Made by a program: the position numbers and the translations under genes. The notes under the pieces are model-generated. The model was not told the DNA's origin and did no database searches. It saw only the letters and a list, made by a program, of their open reading frames with translations. From assembly GCA_023230565.1 (NCBI GenBank), contig JALNXD010000015.1, positions 7,410 to 71,409 on the forward strand: a stretch of 64,000 bases of DNA, read 5' to 3'. The stretch's first letter is position 1. The number at the start of each line of letters is the position of its first letter. The DNA is from Syntrophales bacterium (lineage in GTDB: Bacteria > Desulfobacterota > Syntrophia > Syntrophales > UBA2210). Below, piece after piece: positions 55,308-64,000 of the stretch.

Positions 55308-57707
55308 ATGCCATGCCTTAAAAAGGGAATAAAAGAAATGAAAGATTCAAAAAGAAAAATCATTGCTGCCGGATCGATCAGCCTTATTTTTTCCTTTCTC
55401 CTTTTCTTTACTTCTTATTCAGCTGCTGGCGATAACGGGACAACCTGCCCGGATTTTCAGATTGAAGTATCAAAAGGCCTCATAAACATTGATGTCAGGG
55501 AAGCAGACCTGGTATGTCTTTTAAGGGATATCTCGTACAAATCCGGAATATCCGTCACTTCGGGACCGGAAGTGACGGGCACCGTAACCATAAGGGCGGT
55601 CGATGCGCCTCTGGAAGAGGTTTTAAAAAAAATATGCGCAAATCGGGCGATGGTATTCAAATATAATGAGGAGACGGGCGGCTACAGAATTCTGCGCTTC
55701 GTTGCATTTGAAACGAAAAAAAATTCCGAAAAACCCGATGTTGAAGTAATAATGCGAGACAATGATAACGCCTCTCATGCAAAGGAGTCGCCGGCATTGC
55801 CTGTATTTGCCGATTCGGGAAGTGATCTTCACACTGAACCGGAAATGCAGTCTGCCGGACCAGTGTCGCCGCAGCCACTCGACAGCAAAGGCCGCCCTCT
55901 TTTTAAAGATCGGGAGCTGATAATCGAGTTCAAGGAAACGATTACAGAGGAACAGATAGAGGCGCTCCACCGAAGGGTCGGCATACTTTCGGCAAAAAAG
56001 ATTTTTCATGGCAAATTTCAAAATATTGTCATCCCCTATGGCGGGTCCGAAGAAGCGGTCATGGAGGAATACAGGCGATCGGACATCGTCCGGTTTGTGG
56101 AACGGAATGCCCTGCGGTACCCGCTCTCGACCGTTCCCGACGATTTCCGTTATCCGGAGCAGTGGGCACCGCCGAAGATATCTCTTCCCGAGGCCTGGGA
56201 TATCACCCTGGGAATTCCAGACGTTCTTGTTGCCGTAATCGATACGGGCGTGAATTATCTTCATCCAGATCTTTCTCCCAATATCTGGATCAATACGGCC
56301 GAAGCGGAGGGACTCGCCGGTATCGACGATGACGGCAACGGTTACATCGATGACATATACGGCTGGGATTTTGCCGATAACGATTCAAATCCTGCGAGTC
56401 CTTCCGCTTTAACCGAATACTACGAGCACGGAACTCATGTCGCCGGGATCATTGCTGCAAAAGGAAACAATGGTACAGGAATAACCGGCGTGGCACCACA
56501 CATCAGGATTTTACCGCTGAAAGTGCTTGCAGAAAACAGCAGTTCCATTGCCACAAGTGATGTACTCATGGCTTATGAATATGCGAGAAACGCGGGGGCC
56601 CGCATTATAAATTGCAGTTTCGGAGGATCAGAAGAGAACAATGCCGAATATGAAGCAATTTCAGCGCTTAAAACCGCCGGCATCCTGATTGTATGTGCAG
56701 CGGGAAATGACGGCACGACAGCTCTCGAATATCCCGCAGGCTACGATCTGGAAAATATCATATCCGTCGCATGGTCGAAAAGCGATGACACACTGTCGCC
56801 ATCTTCCAATTTCGGCCTTCCTGACGTGGATCTGATGGCCCCCGGCAATAATATTCTTTCTACTGTTCCTAATTTTTCCGGCTATACCGAGGCATCGCTC
56901 ACTGTATTTTTTCACGACGGTACTGAAACGGCATGCGGCGCATTGCCGCTCGAATACGGCGCAGTGACGGAAAACGGAGGATTGGGCGGACCCCTTTACG
57001 ATTGCGGGCTGGGGTATCCCGAAGATTTTCCGTCCAATATCTCCGGGTATATCGCCCTGATCGAGCGGGGGATACTTTATTTTTCAGAAAAGACGACGAA
57101 CGCCCTCGACCGCGGCGCCTCCGCCGTGGTGATCTATAATAACGAACCGGGAAATTTCGACGGCACTCTGGGTTCAGCCTCTACGGCATGGCCCCCTGTT
57201 ATCGCCGTTTCCCGGGAAAGCGGCCTCGCCCTCAAATCGGCAATGGCAGATGATCCCTTCCCCCCTTCGGCAGCAGTATACAACATTGTAAGCGATTCCC
57301 CGTCATCATACGGACTGCTGAGCGGCACCTCCATGGCTGCACCCCATGTAACGGGCGTGGCCGGACTCATTCTATCCATCCGGCCGGATTTACGATATGA
57401 TGAGGTCAAGTCGGCAATTCTTGATACCGTGGACCGCTTCGACACTCTCTCGGACAAGCTCGTTTCCGGCGGAAGAGTGAATGCATTTGCCGCTTTGAAA
57501 TCAGTCCTCGATACCACAGGAGATATTTCAGGCAACGGAATGCCTGGATTGGAAGATGCAATCCTGGCATTGAGTGTAGCAACGGGGAGTACTTCTTCAG
57601 AAATACGAACGGATTATGCCGGATCCGAAGATGACATCGGGCAAAGCGGCAAAATCGGACTTGAGGATGCCCTGTACATTCTTCAAAAGTCGGCAGGGGT
57701 CAGGTAA
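55308..57707 (+). CDS. Secreted S8 subtilisin-family serine peptidase with N-terminal secretin-N0/STN-like domain, I9 propeptide, PA insert and dockerin-like tail
   Basis: Catalytic triad contexts VAVIDTGV, HGTHVAGIIAA and SGTSMAAPHVTGVAG. PA-type insert (YIALIERG...ASAVVIYNN). The N-domain and tail are described in the findings. The start is ATG 55308 or 55338. Confidence 0.85.
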   Translation: MPCLKKGIKEMKDSKRKIIAAGSISLIFSFLLFFTSYSAAGDNGTTCPDFQIEVSKGLINIDVREADLVCLLRDISYKSGISVTSGPEVTGTVTIRAVDAPLEEVLKKICANRAMVFKYNEETGGYRILRFVAFETKKNSEKPDVEVIMRDNDNASHAKESPALPVFADSGSDLHTEPEMQSAGPVSPQPLDSKGRPLFKDRELIIEFKETITEEQIEALHRRVGILSAKKIFHGKFQNIVIPYGGSEEAVMEEYRRSDIVRFVERNALRYPLSTVPDDFRYPEQWAPPKISLPEAWDITLGIPDVLVAVIDTGVNYLHPDLSPNIWINTAEAEGLAGIDDDGNGYIDDIYGWDFADNDSNPASPSALTEYYEHGTHVAGIIAAKGNNGTGITGVAPHIRILPLKVLAENSSSIATSDVLMAYEYARNAGARIINCSFGGSEENNAEYEAISALKTAGILIVCAAGNDGTTALEYPAGYDLENIISVAWSKSDDTLSPSSNFGLPDVDLMAPGNNILSTVPNFSGYTEASLTVFFHDGTETACGALPLEYGAVTENGGLGGPLYDCGLGYPEDFPSNISGYIALIERGILYFSEKTTNALDRGASAVVIYNNEPGNFDGTLGSASTAWPPVIAVSRESGLALKSAMADDPFPPSAAVYNIVSDSPSSYGLLSGTSMAAPHVTGVAGLILSIRPDLRYDEVKSAILDTVDRFDTLSDKLVSGGRVNAFAALKSVLDTTGDISGNGMPGLEDAILALSVATGSTSSEIRTDYAGSEDDIGQSGKIGLEDALYILQKSAGVR

Positions 57708-57740
57708 GAAGCTAAGCTCCTCATGCCGGCAAGAAACCTG

Positions 57741-58322
57741 TTACTCCGTCCTCTGGCTTCTTATTTCCGGCGGCGGCTGCATTCCTCCTCCGATTGTATA
57801 GGTCACCATCTGCAATACTACAGAAAGATACCCCGAACCCTCCTTACTCTGCTTGACCGAAATTCTTTTCACCGCTACGAGATCGGAAGGTGATTCAACA
57901 CGGTGAAGGTATTCTGTCAGCTGATTCAAGGTAACATTTTCGAGCTTCATCTCCACCGACGATTCTCTGTAAGGCCCCTCAATTTTCGAATCGGAAGGTT
58001 TCATGTATGTAATGTTAGGCTTGATACCGGCATTTCCCGCCTCTTGTTCAAGGAAAGAAAAAAGGGTAAAATCCGAAGGCCTTTGGAGCAGCATCTTCTT
58101 CATCTGGCCCGAATCAGCTTTGATCAGGCGGTATTCTTCGGCTAATAGAGAAATCTCTTTCAGTACTTTTTTATTCTGTGCGATCGACCGTTTTATTTGA
58201 TCCCTGGAATCAAGAAAAGGAAAAATCGCAAATTGAACAATGATGAAAATGGTTACAGCCGAAATACCTGCAATAAGGGAATACCTCTCCCGTTTGTTTA
58301 ACTTTAATTTTATTCCTTTCAT
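57741..58322 (-). CDS. gspM: Type II secretion protein GspM-like
   Basis: 193 aa with a single N-terminal TM after a basic stretch, then a coiled-coil and a ferredoxin-like C-domain layout. It overlaps gspL by 4 nt. Confidence 0.55.
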   Translation of the reverse strand: MKGIKLKLNKRERYSLIAGISAVTIFIIVQFAIFPFLDSRDQIKRSIAQNKKVLKEISLLAEEYRLIKADSGQMKKMLLQRPSDFTLFSFLEQEAGNAGIKPNITYMKPSDSKIEGPYRESSVEMKLENVTLNQLTEYLHRVESPSDLVAVKRISVKQSKEGSGYLSVVLQMVTYTIGGGMQPPPEIRSQRTE

Positions 58323-59848
58323 AATACCGGCTCCATTTTCAAATCGAAGCTGACTCGGCCTCCTGTCTTCATGAGTTTGGCGGAACTGATCGTCACGCTT
58401 TGAAACGTGCGCCCTTTTTCAAGGGCGCTTTTTATCGCGTCCACTGTATTAAAGTTATCCGTTTCTCCTTTAATTCTTATCGAGTCTTCATCATACGTAA
58501 AACTCGTAATGAGGAAAACGACCGATTGCGGCACAAGTCTTGACATATCCCTCAACACCGACAGAACTTTGGTCTCTCCCGCAACCATCGCCCTTCCGGT
58601 TCCAGCCTTTTTCGTTTCCGCAATTTTCGTCTTCATCTGGTGAACGGGATCGACGATCCTCGTTACATCCGGAACCGCCGTTGTAAAAACTTCTCTTATC
58701 TCTCTCCGCAAATCCCCAAGCTGTCTCTGGTCATATCGGTAATCCAGGTAAAAATTCACGAATAACAATATACAGATTACCGCTGCAACGGCTCCTGCCC
58801 ATTTGATCTCGCGCCGGTACTTTTCCATTACGCCCCCTGAATCGGCGCCCTCCGGCAGAAAGTTAAAGCCGGCGTTTCCCTTTGATTCACGAATCGCCAG
58901 AGCCAGAGCTTGATTCATTACCAGCGGTTCCCACGGCTTTCTTGCCGTCTCCCTGAATTGAACGGCACCGCTTTGGACAATATCGATTTCATATGCGGGA
59001 ATTTTTAAAAATGACTCAATTCCTTTCCTCAGCGGGATGAAAAGCGCTCCTCCTCCGGTAATATGCATGCATGGAAATTGTGTGTCCAAATCTCCCCGGA
59101 ATGCAAGAAGATCGAGAGTTTCTTTTATCTGCCCGGAAAAAGATTCGATCAGACCGTCTATTTCCTCCCGGCATTTTTCAATTTCCCCTGCGAGCTTCAT
59201 CCGCTCGGCCTCGGCGAAGTCTACTCCACATACCCGGGCTATTGTTTCGGTTATGCGATCTCCTCCGAAACCGAATGCTCTGATATGGCTGATTCTACCT
59301 TTTAGTATAAAAATGCACTCGGTCTGCTTCGCCCCGATGTCCAGGATAATGGACGATTCCTCGGGACGATCCGCGGCGAATAGCGCCGCAACCGGAACGG
59401 ATCCCGCGTCAATGGCCGCTATTTCTGAAGCCGAAGAATTCAGAATATCCACTCTCTCATCAACGATGTTTCTCGGAACGGCGCCCGCCAAAAGGTCGGC
59501 TTTGCCTGTTCGATCCACTGTCAAGTAGTCCACAACTGCCGCATCTATCGGAAATGGAATCGACTGCTCCAACTCGTAAGGCAGGGTCTGCCGTATTTTT
59601 TTCCTGTCCGTGAAAGGCAGGCGCACCATTCTGAATGAACATTGTTTAAAAGGCAGGGCTGTTATTACAGCACTGCCATGGAATCCGGCTTTCCTGAATA
59701 TTTGTTCAACTGCGGGTTTTATTCCTCCAGCCTCTGCAATATTGACCACCAGTGCATCTATAATGTGATAGCCCTTCAAACCGGCAGATACCGAAACCGA
59801 TTTTATATGGCGTTCTCCTATATCAATTCCCGTTATTTTTTCCGGCAT
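58319..59848 (-). CDS. gspL: Type II secretion protein GspL (actin-like/PilM-type cytoplasmic domain + TM + periplasmic domain)
   Basis: The N-terminal ITGIDIGERHIKSV is an actin-like ATPase fold start. It has a mid-protein TM (WAGAVAAVICILLFVNFYL) and lies between gspK and gspM. Confidence 0.6.
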   Translation of the reverse strand: MPEKITGIDIGERHIKSVSVSAGLKGYHIIDALVVNIAEAGGIKPAVEQIFRKAGFHGSAVITALPFKQCSFRMVRLPFTDRKKIRQTLPYELEQSIPFPIDAAVVDYLTVDRTGKADLLAGAVPRNIVDERVDILNSSASEIAAIDAGSVPVAALFAADRPEESSIILDIGAKQTECIFILKGRISHIRAFGFGGDRITETIARVCGVDFAEAERMKLAGEIEKCREEIDGLIESFSGQIKETLDLLAFRGDLDTQFPCMHITGGGALFIPLRKGIESFLKIPAYEIDIVQSGAVQFRETARKPWEPLVMNQALALAIRESKGNAGFNFLPEGADSGGVMEKYRREIKWAGAVAAVICILLFVNFYLDYRYDQRQLGDLRREIREVFTTAVPDVTRIVDPVHQMKTKIAETKKAGTGRAMVAGETKVLSVLRDMSRLVPQSVVFLITSFTYDEDSIRIKGETDNFNTVDAIKSALEKGRTFQSVTISSAKLMKTGGRVSFDLKMEPVL

Positions 59849-59867
59849 TTCTTCTCACCTTATTTAC

Positions 59868-60836
59868 TTACCCTACGTTCCATGAAATTATTACAGGCAG
59901 TGTATCGCCCGATTCTCTTGTTACCACTGCGGTAATCGTCCGCATCATATTCCCGGTGCGACCGGTAGACTTGATTTCAAAAATACTGCTTGCAGCGGAT
60001 ATAAGGTCCGAATCTATCACAATACCCGCCATTCCCGGAACTGATGTATACCACGAAGGATTCGACAGATCATTATCTTCGCTCTTCCGGTATTCGTCCA
60101 TTTCAGCGACCATTTCTCCGGTGATCTCACCCGACAGCGCTTTCAAGATCGGCAAAGGAGCCGTATTTATGTTTATCCTGCCTTTTCCGTATACCGTCAG
60201 ATATGATGCAATCCCTCGCCTTTCATCAGTTCCGTAAAAAAGTTCGCGTGTGACCCCTTTAACCATCAGAAGCTCTTCAATCCGGTCCATAGGTGCATTT
60301 TTGCATGGATAAGGGTTTTCAAGCCCTTGATAGTAGCTGTTTTCGGCACCGAAACCGGTAATTTCATCATCTCCGTCTATCCAGTCTTTTACTGCATCTG
60401 CAAGATCGTTCGCCTCTTCTTCCGACAAACCGAATTCGGGCAAAAGCAAAAAGCGGATAAAAAGCTCCCGAATTTTCTCATTTTCATGATTATCTTTCAC
60501 GAGATGGTTGACAGGAATCTTGCCCGATTCGTCGGTGATCGTCAGCTCAAAAAAACCCCCATCAAAAAGAGCGGCGGACTGGGCACTGAGTTCACGCGCC
60601 TTTGCCCAGTCTTCAAGAAACGAATCCACTGCGGCATCATCCTCTTTAAGTGCGCTTCTTCCGATATAAATACCGGATTTTGCTATATACTCAAGTTTTA
60701 TACCATCCCGCGCGTTTGCCGATTCGTAGATCTGCATCCGGGACGCACGATTAAATTCGAGCGTAACGGCCACAATTATACTCATAATGAGAATCACCAC
60801 AATCAAGGCAACTCCGTCTTCTTTCCGCAAATCCAT
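59868..60836 (-). CDS. gspK: Type II secretion minor pseudopilin GspK
   Basis: GVALIVVILIMSIIVAVTLEF N-terminus and an RININTAPLPILKAL helix-hairpin-helix-like motif characteristic of GspK. Confidence 0.8.
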   Translation of the reverse strand: MDLRKEDGVALIVVILIMSIIVAVTLEFNRASRMQIYESANARDGIKLEYIAKSGIYIGRSALKEDDAAVDSFLEDWAKARELSAQSAALFDGGFFELTITDESGKIPVNHLVKDNHENEKIRELFIRFLLLPEFGLSEEEANDLADAVKDWIDGDDEITGFGAENSYYQGLENPYPCKNAPMDRIEELLMVKGVTRELFYGTDERRGIASYLTVYGKGRININTAPLPILKALSGEITGEMVAEMDEYRKSEDNDLSNPSWYTSVPGMAGIVIDSDLISAASSIFEIKSTGRTGNMMRTITAVVTRESGDTLPVIISWNVG

Positions 60837-61564
60837 TATTTCTGGGACTCCGATGCAGGAATAAATATTTTTGTTTCAAAACGATACGGGTTTTCCGGAT
60901 TGGAAGGATTCTCGAAATCAATTTGCACACCTGCGACCGAGGGTATACGCCCTTTCTGTTCGGATGCTCCCGATTGCGAATCCCATTTTTCGTATTTCTC
61001 TCCACGGACATCCCAAAAAAACCATTTTACTTCTTTTATATTAGTGCAAATACCATATCCCCCTTCTGAAGAAAGAAATTCCTCTCCGTATTCTTCTTCT
61101 TGTGCCTCTTTTCTCTGAAGAAGTTCGTCTTTTCTCACCAGCAAATACCCTTGATCATCTTCATTTACTGTATAGTAGGAAATTTCGGCGATTCCGCCGT
61201 CCTTGCCATGAAAACCGAGATGACGGGATGATATGAACCGAAGGCTCATGAACAAGTGTTCTCCCATGTCCTGTTCTTCCGAAACGAATGTAAACGCCCC
61301 TTCGAAACTGCACGCCGATTCGAGATCCCTCGTAATCTGCTCAAATGCAGTACGGGCCATGCCGTATATTTCGTCCGCATAATCGGTATCACCGACAATT
61401 CGAAATGTCGCTGTATAGGCGCCGTACACAGTCGCAAGAACGATTCCCATAATCACAATTGCGAGAAGTATTTCAAGCAGGGTGAATCCCCTCCGGCGAT
61501 CAAGCGCGGACACAGAACCTTTAAACATGTAATTTTTTATTTTATTACGCATTGCGGATTTCAT
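60836..61564 (-). CDS. gspJ: Type II secretion minor pseudopilin GspJ-like
   Basis: Prepilin-type N-terminal cleavage/methylation motif RRGFTLLEILLAIVIMGIV. Size and position fit GspJ. Confidence 0.6.
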   Translation of the reverse strand: MKSAMRNKIKNYMFKGSVSALDRRRGFTLLEILLAIVIMGIVLATVYGAYTATFRIVGDTDYADEIYGMARTAFEQITRDLESACSFEGAFTFVSEEQDMGEHLFMSLRFISSRHLGFHGKDGGIAEISYYTVNEDDQGYLLVRKDELLQRKEAQEEEYGEEFLSSEGGYGICTNIKEVKWFFWDVRGEKYEKWDSQSGASEQKGRIPSVAGVQIDFENPSNPENPYRFETKIFIPASESQK

Positions 61565-61666
61565 GAAAATGATAAATTTTCCAAACCGTCCGGTATACCC
61601 GGAAATGGTTCTTTCCCCTTTTATATCAGCCAGATCTCATATCATAGCGGCTTTAAATAAATTTGT

Positions 61667-62095
61667 CTACGATACCGTGGATCTGTAAAGCTCGAGCCGG
61701 TATGTATTGTTTTTTGCCATTCTCTCGTTTCTGACAACAAGTACTATTTTCACAACGTACTCCAGTTCCGTATCCTCCACTTCAGCCTCCCATACGTACT
61801 CCTTGAAATCGTCTCCGAAATCCCCGTTTCCCGATGACAGTTCCCCGGCAGCTACCGCTTCCAACTCGGCCATTTTCAATTTTGCCAGAAATGCCGCTGT
61901 CGTCTCGAAACGGGAACCGGTTATCATTGAGATGCTTTGAGATTGCGACTGGAAAACCGCCGCCATTGTGACCGCAAGCACGGCCATTGCAATCATGACC
62001 TCAAGGAGGGTAAACCCGGACGTACCGGCCTTTTTTACTGTTATTTTATTGAATGTACCGCTCATTACATACATATCCCAACCCTCTCCCCTCAA
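61667..62095 (-). CDS. gspI: Type II secretion minor pseudopilin GspI-like
   Basis: Prepilin motif SGFTLLEVMIAMAVLAV. About 130 aa from an internal Met. It does not match the highly conserved GspG sequence. Confidence 0.55.
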   Translation of the reverse strand: MRGEGWDMYVMSGTFNKITVKKAGTSGFTLLEVMIAMAVLAVTMAAVFQSQSQSISMITGSRFETTAAFLAKLKMAELEAVAAGELSSGNGDFGDDFKEYVWEAEVEDTELEYVVKIVLVVRNERMAKNNTYRLELYRSTVS

Positions 62096-62876
62096 AGGAC
62101 AGGGAGTTTTTTTGTGATCCGTTCCTTTCAGTAAGCAGAAAATCGGTTTCCAGATATTGTCCTGTCACGACTTTCTCCTTTGTCTGCAATACAAACCGGC
62201 TCTTTACCGTTACGGCTCCCGTTTCCGTACTGAGGAAGAGGCGCTCGGTCCGGAGTTCTTTTTCCTCTGCGTTCAGTCGAACATTTCCCTCAAAAAGAAA
62301 ACCGTCCCCCTTCGCACCCGTTTTCGCCTTTGCGGCTTCGATTCCTGCGATATGAGATTTGTCACGGTGCAATCTTATACATACCGGTGCCAGCACACAA
62401 TCCGTGAGCGGATCCTTCAGAATGCCCGGAAGCATGTCATTCCATACCGCAGGCATGATTTTCCCTTCCTTCTGCGAAAATTCACCTTTAGCCCGGAACT
62501 GCAACGGTATTGCGTGCTTCTTATCAAAGCGCGACATCCCGTATATATCCACCCTGGCATTTTCCACGGTTATTTCTTTCAAAAGGCGAATTCGAAAGGG
62601 TCCTATTTTTTTTGTCTGTTTGATAATCGAATCGGCTTTAAGTGAAAATGAAGGGGTTCCATCATTTATAAAATAATATTTCAATCCCTGAAGCTTTATT
62701 TCCCCTTTCCGCATAATGCCCGGATCAATCCTTTCCATCGGCAGCGGGTCAGGAGCGTATACAATATAAATCATTGCCGCGCCGCAACACAGCACAGAAG
62801 CGATAACCAGCGGAATTTTGTAGCACCTTTCATGAAACATGGGGCGAATTGTAGGCGGCCTTAAAAATAAAATCAA
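62046..62876 (-). CDS. Membrane-anchored hypothetical protein, first gene of the pseudopilin operon (weakly LptC/OstA-like beta-rich body)
   Basis: 276-aa ORF with one N-terminal TM (IPLVIASVLCCGAAMIYIVY). It has no prepilin motif. It overlaps the gspI-like ORF. Confidence 0.4.
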   Translation of the reverse strand: MILFLRPPTIRPMFHERCYKIPLVIASVLCCGAAMIYIVYAPDPLPMERIDPGIMRKGEIKLQGLKYYFINDGTPSFSLKADSIIKQTKKIGPFRIRLLKEITVENARVDIYGMSRFDKKHAIPLQFRAKGEFSQKEGKIMPAVWNDMLPGILKDPLTDCVLAPVCIRLHRDKSHIAGIEAAKAKTGAKGDGFLFEGNVRLNAEEKELRTERLFLSTETGAVTVKSRFVLQTKEKVVTGQYLETDFLLTERNGSQKNSLSFEGRGLGYVCNERYIQ

Positions 62877-63178
62877 TGGTTATTTGATGGATCCGTAAAA
62901 AGCGCCTTTTTACCGGTATATCGGCAACATAATAGAAAGAATCTGAGACTGCCGCATTGTTTTTCATCGCGTGTTCAGATAAAGGAACATTGACAAAATT
63001 TCTTTACATGGTATGATCCGCGGCCGAAGGGACTGATTCGGAATACAAATACATCCACCTCGTAATACCCAATCAATGTAAGTAGTGTATTCAAAAATTG
63101 CGGCGCAGTGATGCGCTTTGATGCTCGTTTGGCATTTACTTGATTTTGAGCGGAAAACGCCCAGGGGGAAATAAAACT

Positions 63179-64000
63179 ATGGATCTGAAACGACCGTTCG
63201 TGTTCCTTTTCGTTCTTTTTTGTATTCAGACAGGCTGGACAGGCGCCGTTCATGCTCTGAGTGCCGCAGGATTTATTCAGGAAGGAAGACAAGAGCTTGC
63301 TCTCAATACTATGCCGGGAATCAATAATGCGAAAGCGTGTTTTCTTTCCGCTCTCGATCTGGAGCCTCTGAATCAAGAAGCAAATCTCTTTTACGCCTTC
63401 ACAAGAATTCTGGCGCTTGCTGATAACGATGCTTCCTGCACTTCAGGACCTCCAATTGAAAACATGAGAGAATTCCTTGATGGCTTCGGCTTTTCGGAAG
63501 AGGGGAGAAATATCTTCAACTGGACCTCGGAGGCACCCACTGATTATGAAGGAAACTTGCAGTTGCCCCCGAGTGTTCCCGCCGCAAGAGATGTCCAGGA
63601 TTTTATCAGAACGATTTTAATTGAAGAAATTAACGGTGCTCTTGCAAATCTCGAATGTGTTCAAAGCTCTTTCACTGTTATGCTTCTGCCTTCGGAGACG
63701 GGAGACGTTGCCGAAACAGAGGTGGATTACGGCGATATTCTTCTCTTCCGCTCTTTTCTTTACACTCTGAAGACATATCTTCTTTTGTTTGTTTCTTACG
63801 ATCCGGGCAATTTTAATATTCATGATCTGGTTTCAAAAATTAATCAGGATGCCCTTAACATCAATAATGATATCCTAAATGCCTGTCCGCAGCTTCTGAA
63901 ACTGGCGGAAAACGGCACCATGCGGATCGCTGAAGCCCGAACGGCTCTTGTCTCCGGTATCGATAACTACCTGGCCGCTTCACAGTTCATAAGGAAAGAA
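63179..64000 (+). CDS. Exported hypothetical protein (N-terminal 274 aa; runs off the window end)
   Basis: Not in the ORF track because there is no stop. ATG 63179 is followed by MDLKRPFVFLFVLFCIQTGWTGAVHA (signal peptide) and an uninterrupted frame to 64000. It is divergent from the T2SS pseudopilin operon. Confidence 0.55.
   Translation, partial: MDLKRPFVFLFVLFCIQTGWTGAVHALSAAGFIQEGRQELALNTMPGINNAKACFLSALDLEPLNQEANLFYAFTRILALADNDASCTSGPPIENMREFLDGFGFSEEGRNIFNWTSEAPTDYEGNLQLPPSVPAARDVQDFIRTILIEEINGALANLECVQSSFTVMLLPSETGDVAETEVDYGDILLFRSFLYTLKTYLLLFVSYDPGNFNIHDLVSKINQDALNINNDILNACPQLLKLAENGTMRIAEARTALVSGIDNYLAASQFIRKE

Noticed and set aside
60327-61118. 263-aa plus-strand ORF across the gspK/gspJ junction
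   Set aside because: It is antisense to two pseudopilin genes that have clear prepilin and GspK motifs, and it has no independent support.
62975-63376. 133-aa minus-strand ORF in the region divergent from the T2SS operon
   Set aside because: From 63179 it overlaps a plus-strand frame that starts with an ATG and a classic signal peptide and stays open to the window end. The minus-strand product has no features.
1-64000. Looked for T6SS (Hcp, VgrG, PAAR, TssB/C), CDI (CdiB) or Tc-toxin (TcA) genes to explain Rhs delivery. Also looked for rRNA, tRNA, integrase or prophage genes
   Set aside because: None was recognised in any supplied ORF or by reading intergenic regions. Absence within one window does not prove absence from the genome.

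Overview
All calls come from reading the sequence and the supplied ORF track by eye; no searches or computations were run, and identities are visual estimates. Gene content suggests an anaerobic Desulfobacterota-like (deltaproteobacterial) Gram-negative, but this is inference only. The clues are a sigma-54 enhancer-binding protein, an in-frame-UGA selenoprotein, YeeE/TusA, an FNR-type box and a GspN-containing T2SS. (1) 1-15 kb is mostly core metabolism. It holds a radical SAM gene and an NtrC-type regulator next to an exact sigma-54 promoter that leads into a small exported protein, lysine 2,3-aminomutase, two Ddl-like ATP-grasp ligases and a GNAT. It also holds a Crp/Fnr regulator with a perfect TTGAT-N4-ATCAA box in front of a Tat Fe-S/cytochrome b pair, an SDR, and a YeeE-TusA-DUF3343-like-YjeF_C-like operon. 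(2) About 15-39.6 kb is an accessory, partly decayed region. It contains amidase and methyltransferase fragments and an OsmC-like gene whose redox Cys codon is UGA followed by a SECIS-like hairpin. It also contains an IS66-type remnant and two truncated Y1 (IS200-like) transposase fragments. Its main feature is a large polymorphic-toxin locus: a 1,442-aa Ig/LamG/FN3/toroid surface protein followed directly by a 2,267-aa Sec-signal Rhs/YD toxin. These are followed by a candidate immunity gene, two orphan Rhs-CT cassettes and a truncated paralogue of the surface protein. The paralogue carries a conserved ~190-bp upstream element. No T6SS, PAAR, VgrG or TcA-like gene is visible. (3) 39.8-64 kb holds housekeeping genes and a non-canonical T2SS cluster (I-J-K-L-M / N-C-A-B-D-E, with no F, G, H or O). 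Two large secreted proteases (C10 and S8) are embedded in it. They share dockerin-like C-terminal tails, and the S8 carries a secretin-N0/STN-like N-domain. No rRNA, tRNA or CRISPR array was recognised.
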